Source: Candidatus Nanoarchaeia archaeon
GTDB taxonomy: Archaea; Nanobdellota; Nanobdellia; Woesearchaeales; ARS49
Assembly (NCBI GenBank): GCA_041488275.1
Contig: JBGPOY010000002.1
Coordinates: forward strand, 80,872-144,871
DNA length: 64,000 nucleotides
Direction: 5' to 3'
Every line of letters starts with the position of its first letter. Position 1 is the first letter of the stretch. The notes under the pieces are model-generated. The model was not told the DNA's origin. It ran no database searches and saw only the letters and a list, made by a program, of their open reading frames with translations. Below are positions 50,734-60,844 of the stretch, one piece after another. The position numbers were made by a program, and so were the translations under genes.

Positions 50734-52671
50734 GTGAGGAGAGGGCAGCTAACCATATTCATCATCTTGGGACTAGTCGTCTTGCTGGCAGTAGGCGTCG
50801 TGCTCTACTTCACCGCCACGCAGGTCGTTTTCCGCGGAGGTACACTCGTTCCGCGCGAAGCCCAGCCCGTTTACGACTTTGTTTCCGCCTGCGCTTCGTC
50901 CATTGCGCAGGACGGTATCATCCTCCAAGGCGCGCAGGGCGGCTATCTTTCCCTGCCGCGCGACATCGAGCGCACGCCGACCGCGTACGTTCCGCTCGAC
51001 AGTCAAGGCGTGCTGAAAGTTCCGCTGTGGTTCTACGAAGGCAACAGCCGTATCCCGACGCTCGCGCTCCTTGAAGCCGACCTCGGCAACTATGTGGAGA
51101 ACAATCTCGAGTCGTGCCTCCAAAACTTCAGCGCGTTCAAGGACCAGTACCCTGTTGTCGAGAAATCGCCTCCGAAAGTGCAGGCGGTCATCAGTGACGC
51201 AGGAGTCACGCTCAAAATCACGTACCCGATTGCCATTCAGCGGCAGGACAAAACCATCGACGTGCAGGACTTTGTCGTCGAAGAAAAGGTCCTTTTGAAG
51301 CAGGCGTACGAGCTCGCGGTCAAGACAATGCAGCGCGAGGACCGCGACGCGTGGTTCGAGAACCTCACGATGGACCTGATGACCGCAGACCCCGCAATCC
51401 CGTTCGACGCGCTCACGTTCGACTGTTCCGAAAAGACGTGGAGACTGACGGACATCCGCACCGAAATGCAGGAAGTGCTGCGCGTCAACCTGCCCGCCAT
51501 CCGCGTGCAGAACACCGTCACGGCGCCGTTCCAGGAAAAGGATTCCGCGTACGTGGCCGCGACGAAGTTCAAGCTCGACGACTTCTTCCTCGGTCGTACG
51601 CCCGCGCACACGCCCGACGACGTGTTCGAATACCAGCGCCAGCGCCTCGACGTCGGGATTCCGAAGTCCTCGCTCGCGGCGGCGTTCACGTACAACCCCG
51701 CGTGGGGGCTGGACGTCAACGGCGAACCGAACCGCGGCGGCGTGCTCTCGAGCAAACTCACGAAGGGCGCGGCACAGTATCTCAGCTTTCTCTGTACGAA
51801 CTTCTACCACTTCAGCTACGACGTCATTTATCCCGTCGTCATGACCGTCCGCGACCCGAACGCGTTCCTCGGCGCCGGATTCACGTTCCAGTTCGCCTTC
51901 CCTGTCATCATCAACGGCAACGAGGGCGCGAGAAAGTCGTTCGGCTACTCGCAATTCCAGGGTTTCGAGACGTCGCAGGGATTCTGCGACAACCTCGGCA
52001 ACCAAGTCGTCGAAGTGCGCGCGTCAGGTCTGGAGCCCGACATCGGTGTGGTCGAACAGCCCGACGTCACCGTCGACTACCAGTGCGTCACGCAATTCTG
52101 CACGCTCGGCACGACGCGCGCGGACAACGGATTCTACCGCCTCGTCACGCGCCTGCCGGAAGGGTGCAGCACACCGTTCATCACGGCGAGCAAGGACGGC
52201 TATCTCCCCGTGACTGTGCCCGTGCGAGACAGCCTCGTGCAAGTCACGCTCCCGCGCCTGCGCGAAACGCACGTCAACGTCCTCAAGCACCCCTACGATC
52301 TCGCGAGCAAAAAGTTCCTCGACCCGCAGCCGCTGAGCGAGGGCGAGAACGTCACGCTCTTCGTGCACGTCCAGAACACGACCTTCGACCAATTCATCAC
52401 GTTCCCGAGCGGCAACAACACCGTTGAACTTGTCGACGGCACCGCGACGTACGGCTTCAACGCCGTGCTCACGCTGTTCGGCGACCTCGTCGGCGGCTAC
52501 CAGACCGAGAATTTGACCGTGCGCGGCCGCGACCTCGACGGCAGGGACACGCTCACGCTCCACGTCGTCGAAGTCGTTCCCGCGACGCAAAGCGACCAGT
52601 ACCGCGCCGACACCGGCACGTTCCTCCAAAGCGGAACCTATGCGGATATGCTCAAGCCGACGTTCACATGA
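50734..52671 (+). CDS. Large protein with class III signal peptide; component A2
   Basis: MRRG|QLTIFIILGLVVLLAVG. Colinear paralogue of 42702-44888. Confidence 0.8.
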   Translation: MRRGQLTIFIILGLVVLLAVGVVLYFTATQVVFRGGTLVPREAQPVYDFVSACASSIAQDGIILQGAQGGYLSLPRDIERTPTAYVPLDSQGVLKVPLWFYEGNSRIPTLALLEADLGNYVENNLESCLQNFSAFKDQYPVVEKSPPKVQAVISDAGVTLKITYPIAIQRQDKTIDVQDFVVEEKVLLKQAYELAVKTMQREDRDAWFENLTMDLMTADPAIPFDALTFDCSEKTWRLTDIRTEMQEVLRVNLPAIRVQNTVTAPFQEKDSAYVAATKFKLDDFFLGRTPAHTPDDVFEYQRQRLDVGIPKSSLAAAFTYNPAWGLDVNGEPNRGGVLSSKLTKGAAQYLSFLCTNFYHFSYDVIYPVVMTVRDPNAFLGAGFTFQFAFPVIINGNEGARKSFGYSQFQGFETSQGFCDNLGNQVVEVRASGLEPDIGVVEQPDVTVDYQCVTQFCTLGTTRADNGFYRLVTRLPEGCSTPFITASKDGYLPVTVPVRDSLVQVTLPRLRETHVNVLKHPYDLASKKFLDPQPLSEGENVTLFVHVQNTTFDQFITFPSGNNTVELVDGTATYGFNAVLTLFGDLVGGYQTENLTVRGRDLDGRDTLTLHVVEVVPATQSDQYRADTGTFLQSGTYADMLKPTFT

Positions 52672-55600
52672 TACCCCGAAACGAAAAAATCTCGAGCAAC
52701 CCCGGCAGTGTTGTCGTAGGTGCAAGTTCTGACGCTCACAACCAACGACAAAACTACCGGAGAGCCTGTCACGACGGACCAAACGGCTTGGGGCGCGGAG
52801 CACGGCTGGGACTCCTCACGCTGTTGCTTTCGCTCTTCCTCATGTCATCCGTTTTCGGTCTTTCGATTTCCATCAACGGCAACCCTGCGAAGAACGTCAA
52901 CGGCAACTCCGCGACGATTCAGTGGAACACCGACGTGGACGCCACCAGCAGAGTAGATTTCGGCAAGTCCATCTCCCTCGGGCAGAATGTCGAAAATCTG
53001 ACGTTCACGCGCTTCCACAGCGTCCTCATCGAAGGGCTGGACGTCAATGTCAAGTATTACTTCCAAATCACCAGCATTGCCCAGTCGGGCGAGTATAAGG
53101 TCGCGGACAACAACGGGCAGTTTTACACGTTCACGACGGTGCCGAATGCCAACACGGTTCCGCCCGGATTCGCGAACATCCGCGCAACGGCATTGGGCGA
53201 CGACAGCACGACATTCCAGTGGAGCACGACCAAGCCCGCGAGCACGCTCGTCTCGTTCGGCGAAACCAAGCCCTACCAAATCAGCGAGGACAGCGCGCTC
53301 GTCGTTGACCACGTCGTCACGATTCCCACGACGTCAGGCAAACTCTACGCGGTCTTCATCGGCGGATGCGACAGCGACAGCAACTGCGTGAACGCGACCA
53401 ACAGCGTCAAGTTCCTCGCCGGCGCGCAGACCGGAACGCCGCCGCTGACGACGAGCATTCCGCAGTACACGCGCGACAACCGCCTCGACGTCGCGGGCGT
53501 CACGCGGCCGTTCTCGACCGTCGATATCTTCGTCAACACCATCAAGCAGCGTACCGTGACCGCGGAAGGCAACGGCACGTTTCGCGCGCCCAACATCATC
53601 CTCACCAAGCCGTCGGCGTCAAACGACGTCAAGCTCGTCGTGACCGATGCGGCGGGCAACACCGTCGAGCAAACGTACACGGTGAAAGTCGACCCGACGC
53701 CGCCGAACGTTCAGCTGAACCCGATTCCGGCGGTCGCGAGCGCGACGCCGCTCACGATTTCCGGCACCGTCAACAAGCATACCAAGATTACCTATGAAGT
53801 CCAAAGCGCGTTTGACACGACGCCGCCCGCGCGTGCAACCGGTCTGAAAACCTCAAGCGTCCAGCCGAACAGCGTCGCGCTTTCGTGGACGGACAATGCC
53901 GAAGCGGACCTCGGCGGGTATGCGGTCTACCGCGACGGCGTCCGCATCGCCACGACCGCGAAAGCGACGTTCACCGACACCGTCAGTTCCGGTTCCAGTT
54001 ACACCTACCGCGTCAGCGCGTTCGACAAGAGCTGCAACGAGGGTCCGCTGAGCGACAGCATCATCGTGCAGGCGCCGAACGGCGGAACGCAATTGACGAG
54101 CGAGCCGTCCGAAGTTCCCGTTGCGTGCGCGTCGCAAAAGCAGACGCTCGACGCGAGCGGACCGTTCTCGTTCGGCGCGGCGTTGCAGGACGGCGACAAC
54201 CACATCCGAATTACGGTCACCGACGACGCAGGCAACAAGGTCGTCTTCCTCAACACGACGCGTTTGGACAATCAGGCGCCGCGCATCCTCTCCGACAACC
54301 TCGACCGGCTTTCGCCGACGTACATCCCGCAGGTGACGGTGAAAGGAAAAATCAGCGAGAAAGCGACCGTCTTCATTTACGTCAACGGCGACCGCAAGCA
54401 TCCGTTCTTCGCGGTCACGGACGACGACGGAACGTTCTCGATTGATGTCGCGCTGCAGCACGTTATTTCAACGGGCAACGGCACCGTTGGCGTTCCCAAC
54501 CTGCCCGGTCAGGCCGCGATTGAAAGCGGCGCTTCTCGCGTCACGGGCGCGTTTGTCGTCGACGCCGGAACCGGCGGCTATCCCAACACGCTCACGATGG
54601 AAGTCATCGACCAGGCAGGGCTCAAAACCACCAAAGGACCGGTGAACGTCCTGTACGCATTGTGCGGTCAGGGCTCGTGGTTCAAGGTCGACATCGGCGA
54701 GCTTTCGCCAACGGTCGTCATTCCGCGGCTCATCATCGAAGGAGTCCAGCAGGTCGGATTCCCGGTCAACGTCACGTATCAGGGCGCCGGAACCGCGGTC
54801 ATCCAGCGCGTCACCGTCACGCCCGTTCCTCTCAGCAACGCCGAAGCCGACAATTACGACACGGGCTGGGCGCGCATCAACCCGATTTTCCCGCGCAAGA
54901 CGTACGGCAACAGCGCGGCAGGATACATCCAACTCGTCTTCGACGCTCAATCGCCCGCGACGGGACAGACGACCTCGCAAAAGGAAGATGAGCTGTACAA
55001 GCACCGTGCGGGCAAGGAATGCCTCACGCCCGGCGTCGGCTGCGCAAAGTTCTTCCTCGAAGTTGACATCGAGGCGCAGGAATCCATTCCCAAGAAGTTT
55101 ATCGACATCCGCAACGACCTTACGACCGGCAACGTCAGCGTCGAAACCATCCGCCAGAAGAACTGCCTCCCGATTGAAGTCCAGATGGACGTTCCGCTGC
55201 ACTTGAGCGACAAGATTCCCAAGCACTTCCTCGAGGCGACGAGCCAGTTCCTGACCTCAGCAATGGACACGATTGACTCGCTCCTGCGCCCGCTCACCAC
55301 CATCGGCACATACACGCTCTATACGTGCTTCGCGATGAACGCGTGGCTCTTTGTCAAGTTTATCGACGAGAGCTGGAGCTGCGACATCGCGAGTCACGTT
55401 CCCAGCACGAGTTTCAATCAGGCAGTCGCCCAAATCGGCGCCTGCGACCAGGCGTATCCTCCGGACAAAGAGTCCGGCAAGAACACCGCGTGCACTTCGT
55501 GTTCCAAGGCCGTCAATAACCGCGTCAGTTTCGAGCGCACGCTGCGCAAGGTATGCGACCGCGTCGGCTGCCCCAGCGTTCCGACGCTCCAGACCTACAT

Positions 55601-58600
55601 CGGCGACCAGCAGAAGAAAGGCGTCGTCGACACGGGCGTCGTTGACACGGCAGGCAACAAACTCTACGCAGGCAACAGCTGCGGATTCACGGGGAAGGAA
55701 GTGGTCGGCACGAACACCGCAATCACGAGCGAGAACGAACACTTGCCGGACTTCACCGCGTCCCTCAAGTCTCAACCTGTCGGATTCGGCTACGACTCCA
55801 TCAAGAACCAGTACGTCTCCTACCAAAAGCACAAGGACGACGAAGCGCCGAAGCTCGGCGCCGCGCTCCCGACGACCACGCCGACGGCAGGCACGTCGAC
55901 GGTGAACTGCGCGGGCATCCACGCCGCGAGTCCGGAGTGCTGTGGCTACGATTACTATAAGGAATGGGGCAGCGCGTGCGGCATCCCGGGCATCCTCGAA
56001 ACGTACGACGAGCTCGAACAGAGCGCGTGCCTCGCGGCCCAGTCGGCGAACAAGATTCCCGACTTCGAACAGGCGGCCAGCGCCGCGGCGAATTCGCCGG
56101 TCAAGTGCAACTCCCTCTTCAACTCCGCCGCGGGATTCTGCGACCCCGCAGGCAAGCCCGTCGGCGACACGATTCCAACGGGCGTGTTCTACAACAGCAA
56201 CCCGACCGCGAGCGCGAACAGCCGCGAAGTCTACATCCGCATCGACCCCGTTCCGCCGGAAGACCCGAAGTCCTACAAGATTTTCCGCGGCTACGTCTTC
56301 CAGCGCTTTGTCGAGGACCGGCTTCCTCCGGGACAGCGCATCAACGACACGAGCCAGGCGCGCACTATCAACCAGAAGAACGACTTTATTCCCGACAAGG
56401 AACTCACGTCATTCTTTACCGACACATCCGGACCGGTGACCGACGCGCAAGTCGGAGCGTTCGCGCACGCGCTGTGCGATGACTTGGGTTCGGCAAACGT
56501 CGGCGTGTGCAACTCGAAGGCCAAGGACGTCTACACGAAAGTCCGCAACAGCATCGGCATCCCCGACCGAACGTATCTTGTTCGTCCGGACCTCGACGGC
56601 ATCCTGCGCAGCGTGCAGTGCGTCTGCCTCCCCGCAGTCACGAGCTATTTGACATTCTGGCGCACAGTCCTGAGCAACGTCAAGGGCTGCGTCGACCACA
56701 TTCGGCTCACGGGCGACGGCAGCTCCGGCATCTGTCAGGCGACGCTCAGCACGTACGTGTGCGACATGCTCTACGACCTTCTCCGCTGTTTCATCCAGAA
56801 GTTCGGCAATTCAGGAGCCGGCACGCGCGAGGAAGGCGCGGGCGTGGGCAACCTGCTTGGCGCGCTTTCAGGAGCGGGCGGCAAGATGCAGCAAAGCGTC
56901 CAAGGCAGATACGGCGACACGGCATTGTGGAAGACGATGTTCCAAGATCACGCTCTCTTGCACAGCATTTGCGCGTTCGCGTTCACCGGCAAATGGGACC
57001 TGAACGTCGCGGGCATCTTCCAGCAGACCGTCAACCAAATCCCGATTGAAAGCCAAGGACTCATCTATCCCGCAGACCGAAGGTACGTCGCGTACAACCC
57101 GGTCACCACGCCGAAAGGTTTGACAACGTGGCTGTACCACTTCGGCGTCGGGCTCATTGCAGGAGCTGACCTCGACTACACGCTCACGCTCAAGTGCTCG
57201 AGCGGACTGCAGTGCAGCGAGAGCGACGGATTCAAGGGCGGCAAGTGCGACTGCTTCGGCGCGCAGGAACAGACGCTCCCCGTCATCGCGCCCGGACTCG
57301 GCAACGGCAAACTGCGCAAGAACGACGCGCTCAACACCGAACTCTTCTATTCCGTGCAGGCGGGCGACTCCGGCAGCGGCGTCCGGTACGACACCGCAAT
57401 CCTGCAGTGGCAGTTCAAGGATTCGCGAGGACAAATCCTGACGGGCAAGGCGGAATCGAAGATTCACCTCACGGGAGGGGACGCGCCCAACTTCTGCTCC
57501 ATCCAGCTGCTCGGAACGCCGCTGTACCTGTGCAAGTTCAGCGTCGGCGACATCTCGGGAGTCAGCATCACGAAAGACCCCGTCATCACGAGCCCCGCGG
57601 GCAACGTCACGCTGTTGAAGAGCCCCATCGAGTTCCGCATGAACGTCAATCTCTTCGGCAGCCCCGATCCTCGACCGCAAGGCGGCGTCAGCGCAGGACA
57701 AAACACGAAATTCCTCGTGTACGAAATCCGCAACGGCAACGGCATCATCGTCGACCAAAACAAGCAGATTCCCGTCAAGATAGACACGGAAGGCGACAAG
57801 GAATATGTCATACGCTCAAAGACGATTTCGGAAGCGATGTTCGGTGTCGCGGGCACGGTTGATTACTCAAATGCAATATCCTTGAAAGTTCCGCCCGGCA
57901 CGCCCGCAGGAATATGGGACGTCAACAATTACCGCAAGAACGGACAGGTGGCGCTTTCGCCCGCGCCCGCGACGCAAATCGGCGGTCTCGTGCAGGGACA
58001 AAACATCAATCTGGTCGTTGTCTTCAACGGAGCCAGCGCCGATGTCTATGAATCGGACGGTCTTGCCGAAGTGCAGGGCAACCCGCCGAAAGGCAGCGAC
58101 GCCATCAACCCCGGCAGATGGGGCTTGTACGCGAAGCTGGTCGGAAGCGTCCGCACGTTCCCCATCCAGAACGGCAACGGGCTGTACTTGACGGGACCGA
58201 TTGGCATTTCGGGACTGCCGCCCAACGCAATCGTGCAGTTGAGCTTCCTCCGGCTTCCGCCGACAGGCAGCGAAATGCTCATTCATTACACTCCTGCCGC
58301 GTCCAACCCCTGCGCGAACTATCAGAACACTCCCGACACGTGGAGCGCGACGTTCACGGTCTTTGACGGACGAAAGCCGCTCTACGGCGGACTGTTCGAG
58401 CCGAACTTCGACCAAATCAGCGTTGACGCGGACGGCAACCCTGCGCAAAAGAGCATCCGCTTCCAGTCGGTGTGCAAGGACTCGTACGCCGGCGCCGGTT
58501 CCATCAGCACGCCCGGCTTCCCGACGAATTTGCGCATCTGCTCGCCCGATCCGACGGTCTCGAATGAGAACGCGTGCTTCTGTGGTACCGCCCAAGAAGC

Positions 58601-59096
58601 GCTGCGCGACGCTCAGCTCGGCATTCTCAAGCACAACTGCGGGCAGGGCAACGACGTCCATCCAGGACAGAATTACTGCGGATACACGATTGACAACCTG
58701 CGCAGCTGCAGCACCGGTCCTGTTGCGGGATTGCCCGTGCTCTTCAACATCTCGTTTTTCGAAGTGGATACGAACGGCAATCCGACAAACGTGGAACGCC
58801 GAGTCGGAACCGACAACACCGTCACGCTTCAGGCAAACAGGCAGTACGGTCTTTCCGCGATTGGTTATTACGCGTCGCCGTACGACCTCACCGTTACCTC
58901 TCCGAGTAGCGAGCCTTCGACGTTCCAGGCGTCCATTGACTCAGGAAAGCGGCAGCTTCCGCTGTTTGGCAGCAACGGCCTCCTCGGAACGGCACAGACG
59001 CTGAACGTCAACACGGGCAGCTACACAATCACCGTGGCCGATTCCAACGATCCCGGCAAGACCAGCATCTATGCGCTTCGCGTGACTGCGCAATGA
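52668..59096 (+). CDS. Giant (about 2100 aa) secreted FN3/Ig-domain, Cys-rich protein; component B2 (alternative TTG start at 52788)
   Basis: Signal LGLLTLLLSLFLMSSVFG. FN3 motifs (IQWNTD...YYFQI; LSWTDNAEADLGGYAVYRDG...YTYRVSAFD), Ig linkers, and a Cys-rich helical core homologous to B1. Confidence 0.85.
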   Translation: MIPRNEKISSNPGSVVVGASSDAHNQRQNYRRACHDGPNGLGRGARLGLLTLLLSLFLMSSVFGLSISINGNPAKNVNGNSATIQWNTDVDATSRVDFGKSISLGQNVENLTFTRFHSVLIEGLDVNVKYYFQITSIAQSGEYKVADNNGQFYTFTTVPNANTVPPGFANIRATALGDDSTTFQWSTTKPASTLVSFGETKPYQISEDSALVVDHVVTIPTTSGKLYAVFIGGCDSDSNCVNATNSVKFLAGAQTGTPPLTTSIPQYTRDNRLDVAGVTRPFSTVDIFVNTIKQRTVTAEGNGTFRAPNIILTKPSASNDVKLVVTDAAGNTVEQTYTVKVDPTPPNVQLNPIPAVASATPLTISGTVNKHTKITYEVQSAFDTTPPARATGLKTSSVQPNSVALSWTDNAEADLGGYAVYRDGVRIATTAKATFTDTVSSGSSYTYRVSAFDKSCNEGPLSDSIIVQAPNGGTQLTSEPSEVPVACASQKQTLDASGPFSFGAALQDGDNHIRITVTDDAGNKVVFLNTTRLDNQAPRILSDNLDRLSPTYIPQVTVKGKISEKATVFIYVNGDRKHPFFAVTDDDGTFSIDVALQHVISTGNGTVGVPNLPGQAAIESGASRVTGAFVVDAGTGGYPNTLTMEVIDQAGLKTTKGPVNVLYALCGQGSWFKVDIGELSPTVVIPRLIIEGVQQVGFPVNVTYQGAGTAVIQRVTVTPVPLSNAEADNYDTGWARINPIFPRKTYGNSAAGYIQLVFDAQSPATGQTTSQKEDELYKHRAGKECLTPGVGCAKFFLEVDIEAQESIPKKFIDIRNDLTTGNVSVETIRQKNCLPIEVQMDVPLHLSDKIPKHFLEATSQFLTSAMDTIDSLLRPLTTIGTYTLYTCFAMNAWLFVKFIDESWSCDIASHVPSTSFNQAVAQIGACDQAYPPDKESGKNTACTSCSKAVNNRVSFERTLRKVCDRVGCPSVPTLQTYIGDQQKKGVVDTGVVDTAGNKLYAGNSCGFTGKEVVGTNTAITSENEHLPDFTASLKSQPVGFGYDSIKNQYVSYQKHKDDEAPKLGAALPTTTPTAGTSTVNCAGIHAASPECCGYDYYKEWGSACGIPGILETYDELEQSACLAAQSANKIPDFEQAASAAANSPVKCNSLFNSAAGFCDPAGKPVGDTIPTGVFYNSNPTASANSREVYIRIDPVPPEDPKSYKIFRGYVFQRFVEDRLPPGQRINDTSQARTINQKNDFIPDKELTSFFTDTSGPVTDAQVGAFAHALCDDLGSANVGVCNSKAKDVYTKVRNSIGIPDRTYLVRPDLDGILRSVQCVCLPAVTSYLTFWRTVLSNVKGCVDHIRLTGDGSSGICQATLSTYVCDMLYDLLRCFIQKFGNSGAGTREEGAGVGNLLGALSGAGGKMQQSVQGRYGDTALWKTMFQDHALLHSICAFAFTGKWDLNVAGIFQQTVNQIPIESQGLIYPADRRYVAYNPVTTPKGLTTWLYHFGVGLIAGADLDYTLTLKCSSGLQCSESDGFKGGKCDCFGAQEQTLPVIAPGLGNGKLRKNDALNTELFYSVQAGDSGSGVRYDTAILQWQFKDSRGQILTGKAESKIHLTGGDAPNFCSIQLLGTPLYLCKFSVGDISGVSITKDPVITSPAGNVTLLKSPIEFRMNVNLFGSPDPRPQGGVSAGQNTKFLVYEIRNGNGIIVDQNKQIPVKIDTEGDKEYVIRSKTISEAMFGVAGTVDYSNAISLKVPPGTPAGIWDVNNYRKNGQVALSPAPATQIGGLVQGQNINLVVVFNGASADVYESDGLAEVQGNPPKGSDAINPGRWGLYAKLVGSVRTFPIQNGNGLYLTGPIGISGLPPNAIVQLSFLRLPPTGSEMLIHYTPAASNPCANYQNTPDTWSATFTVFDGRKPLYGGLFEPNFDQISVDADGNPAQKSIRFQSVCKDSYAGAGSISTPGFPTNLRICSPDPTVSNENACFCGTAQEALRDAQLGILKHNCGQGNDVHPGQNYCGYTIDNLRSCSTGPVAGLPVLFNISFFEVDTNGNPTNVERRVGTDNTVTLQANRQYGLSAIGYYASPYDLTVTSPSSEPSTFQASIDSGKRQLPLFGSNGLLGTAQTLNVNTGSYTITVADSNDPGKTSIYALRVTAQ

Positions 59097-59902
59097 AATC
59101 CGCTTTTCTCAAGACGCTCCGCGATATCAGAGCGCGTTGGTATCTTGTGCTCGTTATCGTGTTCGTCGACGTGCTGTTCTTCTACTTTTTCGGCAAGACG
59201 TACGCCACTATCTTTCAAGAAGTGTCCGTGCATCTTGACACGATTAATGCGCTGCTGCAGACGAGCATCGGAGGGCTGACGCAGAACCAGGACCCGAACG
59301 CATTGCAAATCGGCATTGAACAGTTCACGGCGGAGTTCACGGCGGTGAAGCTTGGCATCGTGCAGATTCTGACCTGGCTGTGGGGCTTCTGGACGTTCCT
59401 GCAAGGGGGAGCGTGGTACGCCGCGCACCAGATTGCCGGAACCGTGCGCGAAAAGCGGTTCTTCCGGCGCACGTGGACATTTATCTGGCAGTTCGTGGTC
59501 GCGACGCTCGTCGGGTACGGCGTGTTTCTCGCCCTGCTCGGCGGCATACTGAAGTTGTCGTTCATCGCGTTCTCCAACCCCATCCCCTTGCTCGGGCAGA
59601 CCGGCATCAACCTCATCGCGGGCATCGGCGCGTTCGTGTTCCTGTACTTCCTGACGACATCGTATGCCGCCATCGGCGCGGGATTCGTGAAACGCTTCCT
59701 GCGCGCTGCGTTCTACAACTTCACGGACACAGGGCTCGCGTACGTCATCACCCTGGGAATTCTGTTCCTGCTGGGGCAGACGCTCGCGCTCATCGCCGCA
59801 AGCAACGTGATTCTCGCGCTCGCGTTCGGAATCATTATTGTCCTGCCCGTCGGAGCGGCGCTCCGCGTATTCTTGGTTGAAGTCGTTCGAGAAACGACGT
59901 AA
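59093..59902 (+). CDS. Polytopic membrane protein (about 6 TM); component D2
   Basis: ATGA-coupled to B2. VDVLFF and LQGGAW match D1. Confidence 0.75.
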   Translation: MKSAFLKTLRDIRARWYLVLVIVFVDVLFFYFFGKTYATIFQEVSVHLDTINALLQTSIGGLTQNQDPNALQIGIEQFTAEFTAVKLGIVQILTWLWGFWTFLQGGAWYAAHQIAGTVREKRFFRRTWTFIWQFVVATLVGYGVFLALLGGILKLSFIAFSNPIPLLGQTGINLIAGIGAFVFLYFLTTSYAAIGAGFVKRFLRAAFYNFTDTGLAYVITLGILFLLGQTLALIAASNVILALAFGIIIVLPVGAALRVFLVEVVRETT

Positions 59903-59940
59903 AAAGTGAAACGAAGAGAAAAATAAGAGTAAAAACAAAA
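59903..59940 (-). terminator. U-rich archaeal terminator between convergent genes
   Basis: A-rich plus strand (AAAGTGAAACGAAGAGAAAAATAAGAGTAAAAACAAAA) gives T-tracts on the minus strand after the 59950 stop. Confidence 0.45.
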
Positions 59941-59949
59941 GATGCTGCT

Positions 59950-60642
59950 TTACGCAGCGGGTTTCTTCGGAATCGCGCTGTAGTCGTCCGACAATCCGCC
60001 CACGATGCGCAGCCAGAGCTGCAGGTCGCTGTGCGGGTTCGGCGAGGGACCGAGCTTGACGCCTTCCGCGGCCGCTTTCTTGAGCTCGTCTTCGAGACTT
60101 GCCTTGTTGTCGGTCGTGACTTTCGTCATGTACGCGTGGAAGTTCGCGGCGCCTTCGGCGCTGTCGGTTTTCTCTTCCATCTTGGACACGGTGTACTGCG
60201 TGCGCAGCTTGCCCATGCTGTCGTTGAGCGGCTTGACGTAGCTCTGCACGTTGAGTGCGGAGAGCGTCTTCGCGTCTTTCAGCGAGGTCGCGAAGCGCTT
60301 CTTGTCGAGGCCGAGCAACTGCTTGAAAATCGCCCAGTCGACGAAGTCCTTGTCGTCCTTGCTGGCGAGCATCGCGTCCTTGGCTTCTTTCGGAGCGTTC
60401 GGGAAGAGATAGTCGTTGAACAGGACACGCGCGCCGATGTCGGTCAGCTTGTTGGCTGCTTCGTCGTCGAGCTTCAGAATCTTGCTGTCCCCGCCCCTTT
60501 CGCCGATGTAATCAACCGCTCCTTTCAGCAGGCTGTATGCCGGCTTCGTGAGCGCAGGATGGCGTCCTTTTTCGATGTTCAGGACGTCCTTCGTGATTTT
60601 CTCGTATGCTTCAAATGCGTGGGGTTGTGCTTCGTTTGCCAT
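59950..60642 (-). CDS. Hypothetical all-helical soluble protein
   Basis: 230-aa ORF with strongly C/G-ending codons, a GAGG SD and its own TATA box at about 60697-60703. Confidence 0.7.
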   Translation of the reverse strand: MANEAQPHAFEAYEKITKDVLNIEKGRHPALTKPAYSLLKGAVDYIGERGGDSKILKLDDEAANKLTDIGARVLFNDYLFPNAPKEAKDAMLASKDDKDFVDWAIFKQLLGLDKKRFATSLKDAKTLSALNVQSYVKPLNDSMGKLRTQYTVSKMEEKTDSAEGAANFHAYMTKVTTDNKASLEDELKKAAAEGVKLGPSPNPHSDLQLWLRIVGGLSDDYSAIPKKPAA

Positions 60643-60720
60643 AGTCGTTGTTCCTCTTTGTCATTGCTGACACTTGCCTCTCTGGTGGCGCCCAAACTAT
60701 ATAAGCCTTTCGCTTTTGTA

Positions 60721-60749
60721 GTCCCTATTAAGTGACACTAAATAGGGAC
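60721..60749. promoter_or_regulatory. 29-bp near-perfect palindrome (putative operator) in the divergent promoter region
   Basis: GTCCCTATTAAGTG-A-CACTAAATAGGGAC has 14-bp arms with one mismatch. The half-site GACACTAAA is repeated at 60784-60792. Confidence 0.65.
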
Positions 60750-60807
60750 AGTTTTCGGACCGTTATCGTCGAGAGGCGACTGCGACACTAAAGTCACACA
60801 AAAGGGG

Positions 60808-60821
60808 AGTATTTAAATACT
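60808..60821 (+). promoter_or_regulatory. Palindromic TATA box of the Fis-type gene
   Basis: AGTATTTAAATACT is a perfect palindrome about 25 bp before the ATG at 60845. Confidence 0.55.
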
Positions 60822-60844
60822 ATGTTTGCTTTGTCCCAGTCAGC

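Noticed and set aside
52668-59096. Calling B1/B2 fusexin (HAP2/Fsx1), TraN or an S-layer protein
   Set aside because: The Cys-rich core appears helical, whereas fusexins are beta-rich class II folds with a C-terminal TM. There are no specific TraN or S-layer motifs and no C-terminal anchor. The analogy is kept only as a hypothesis.
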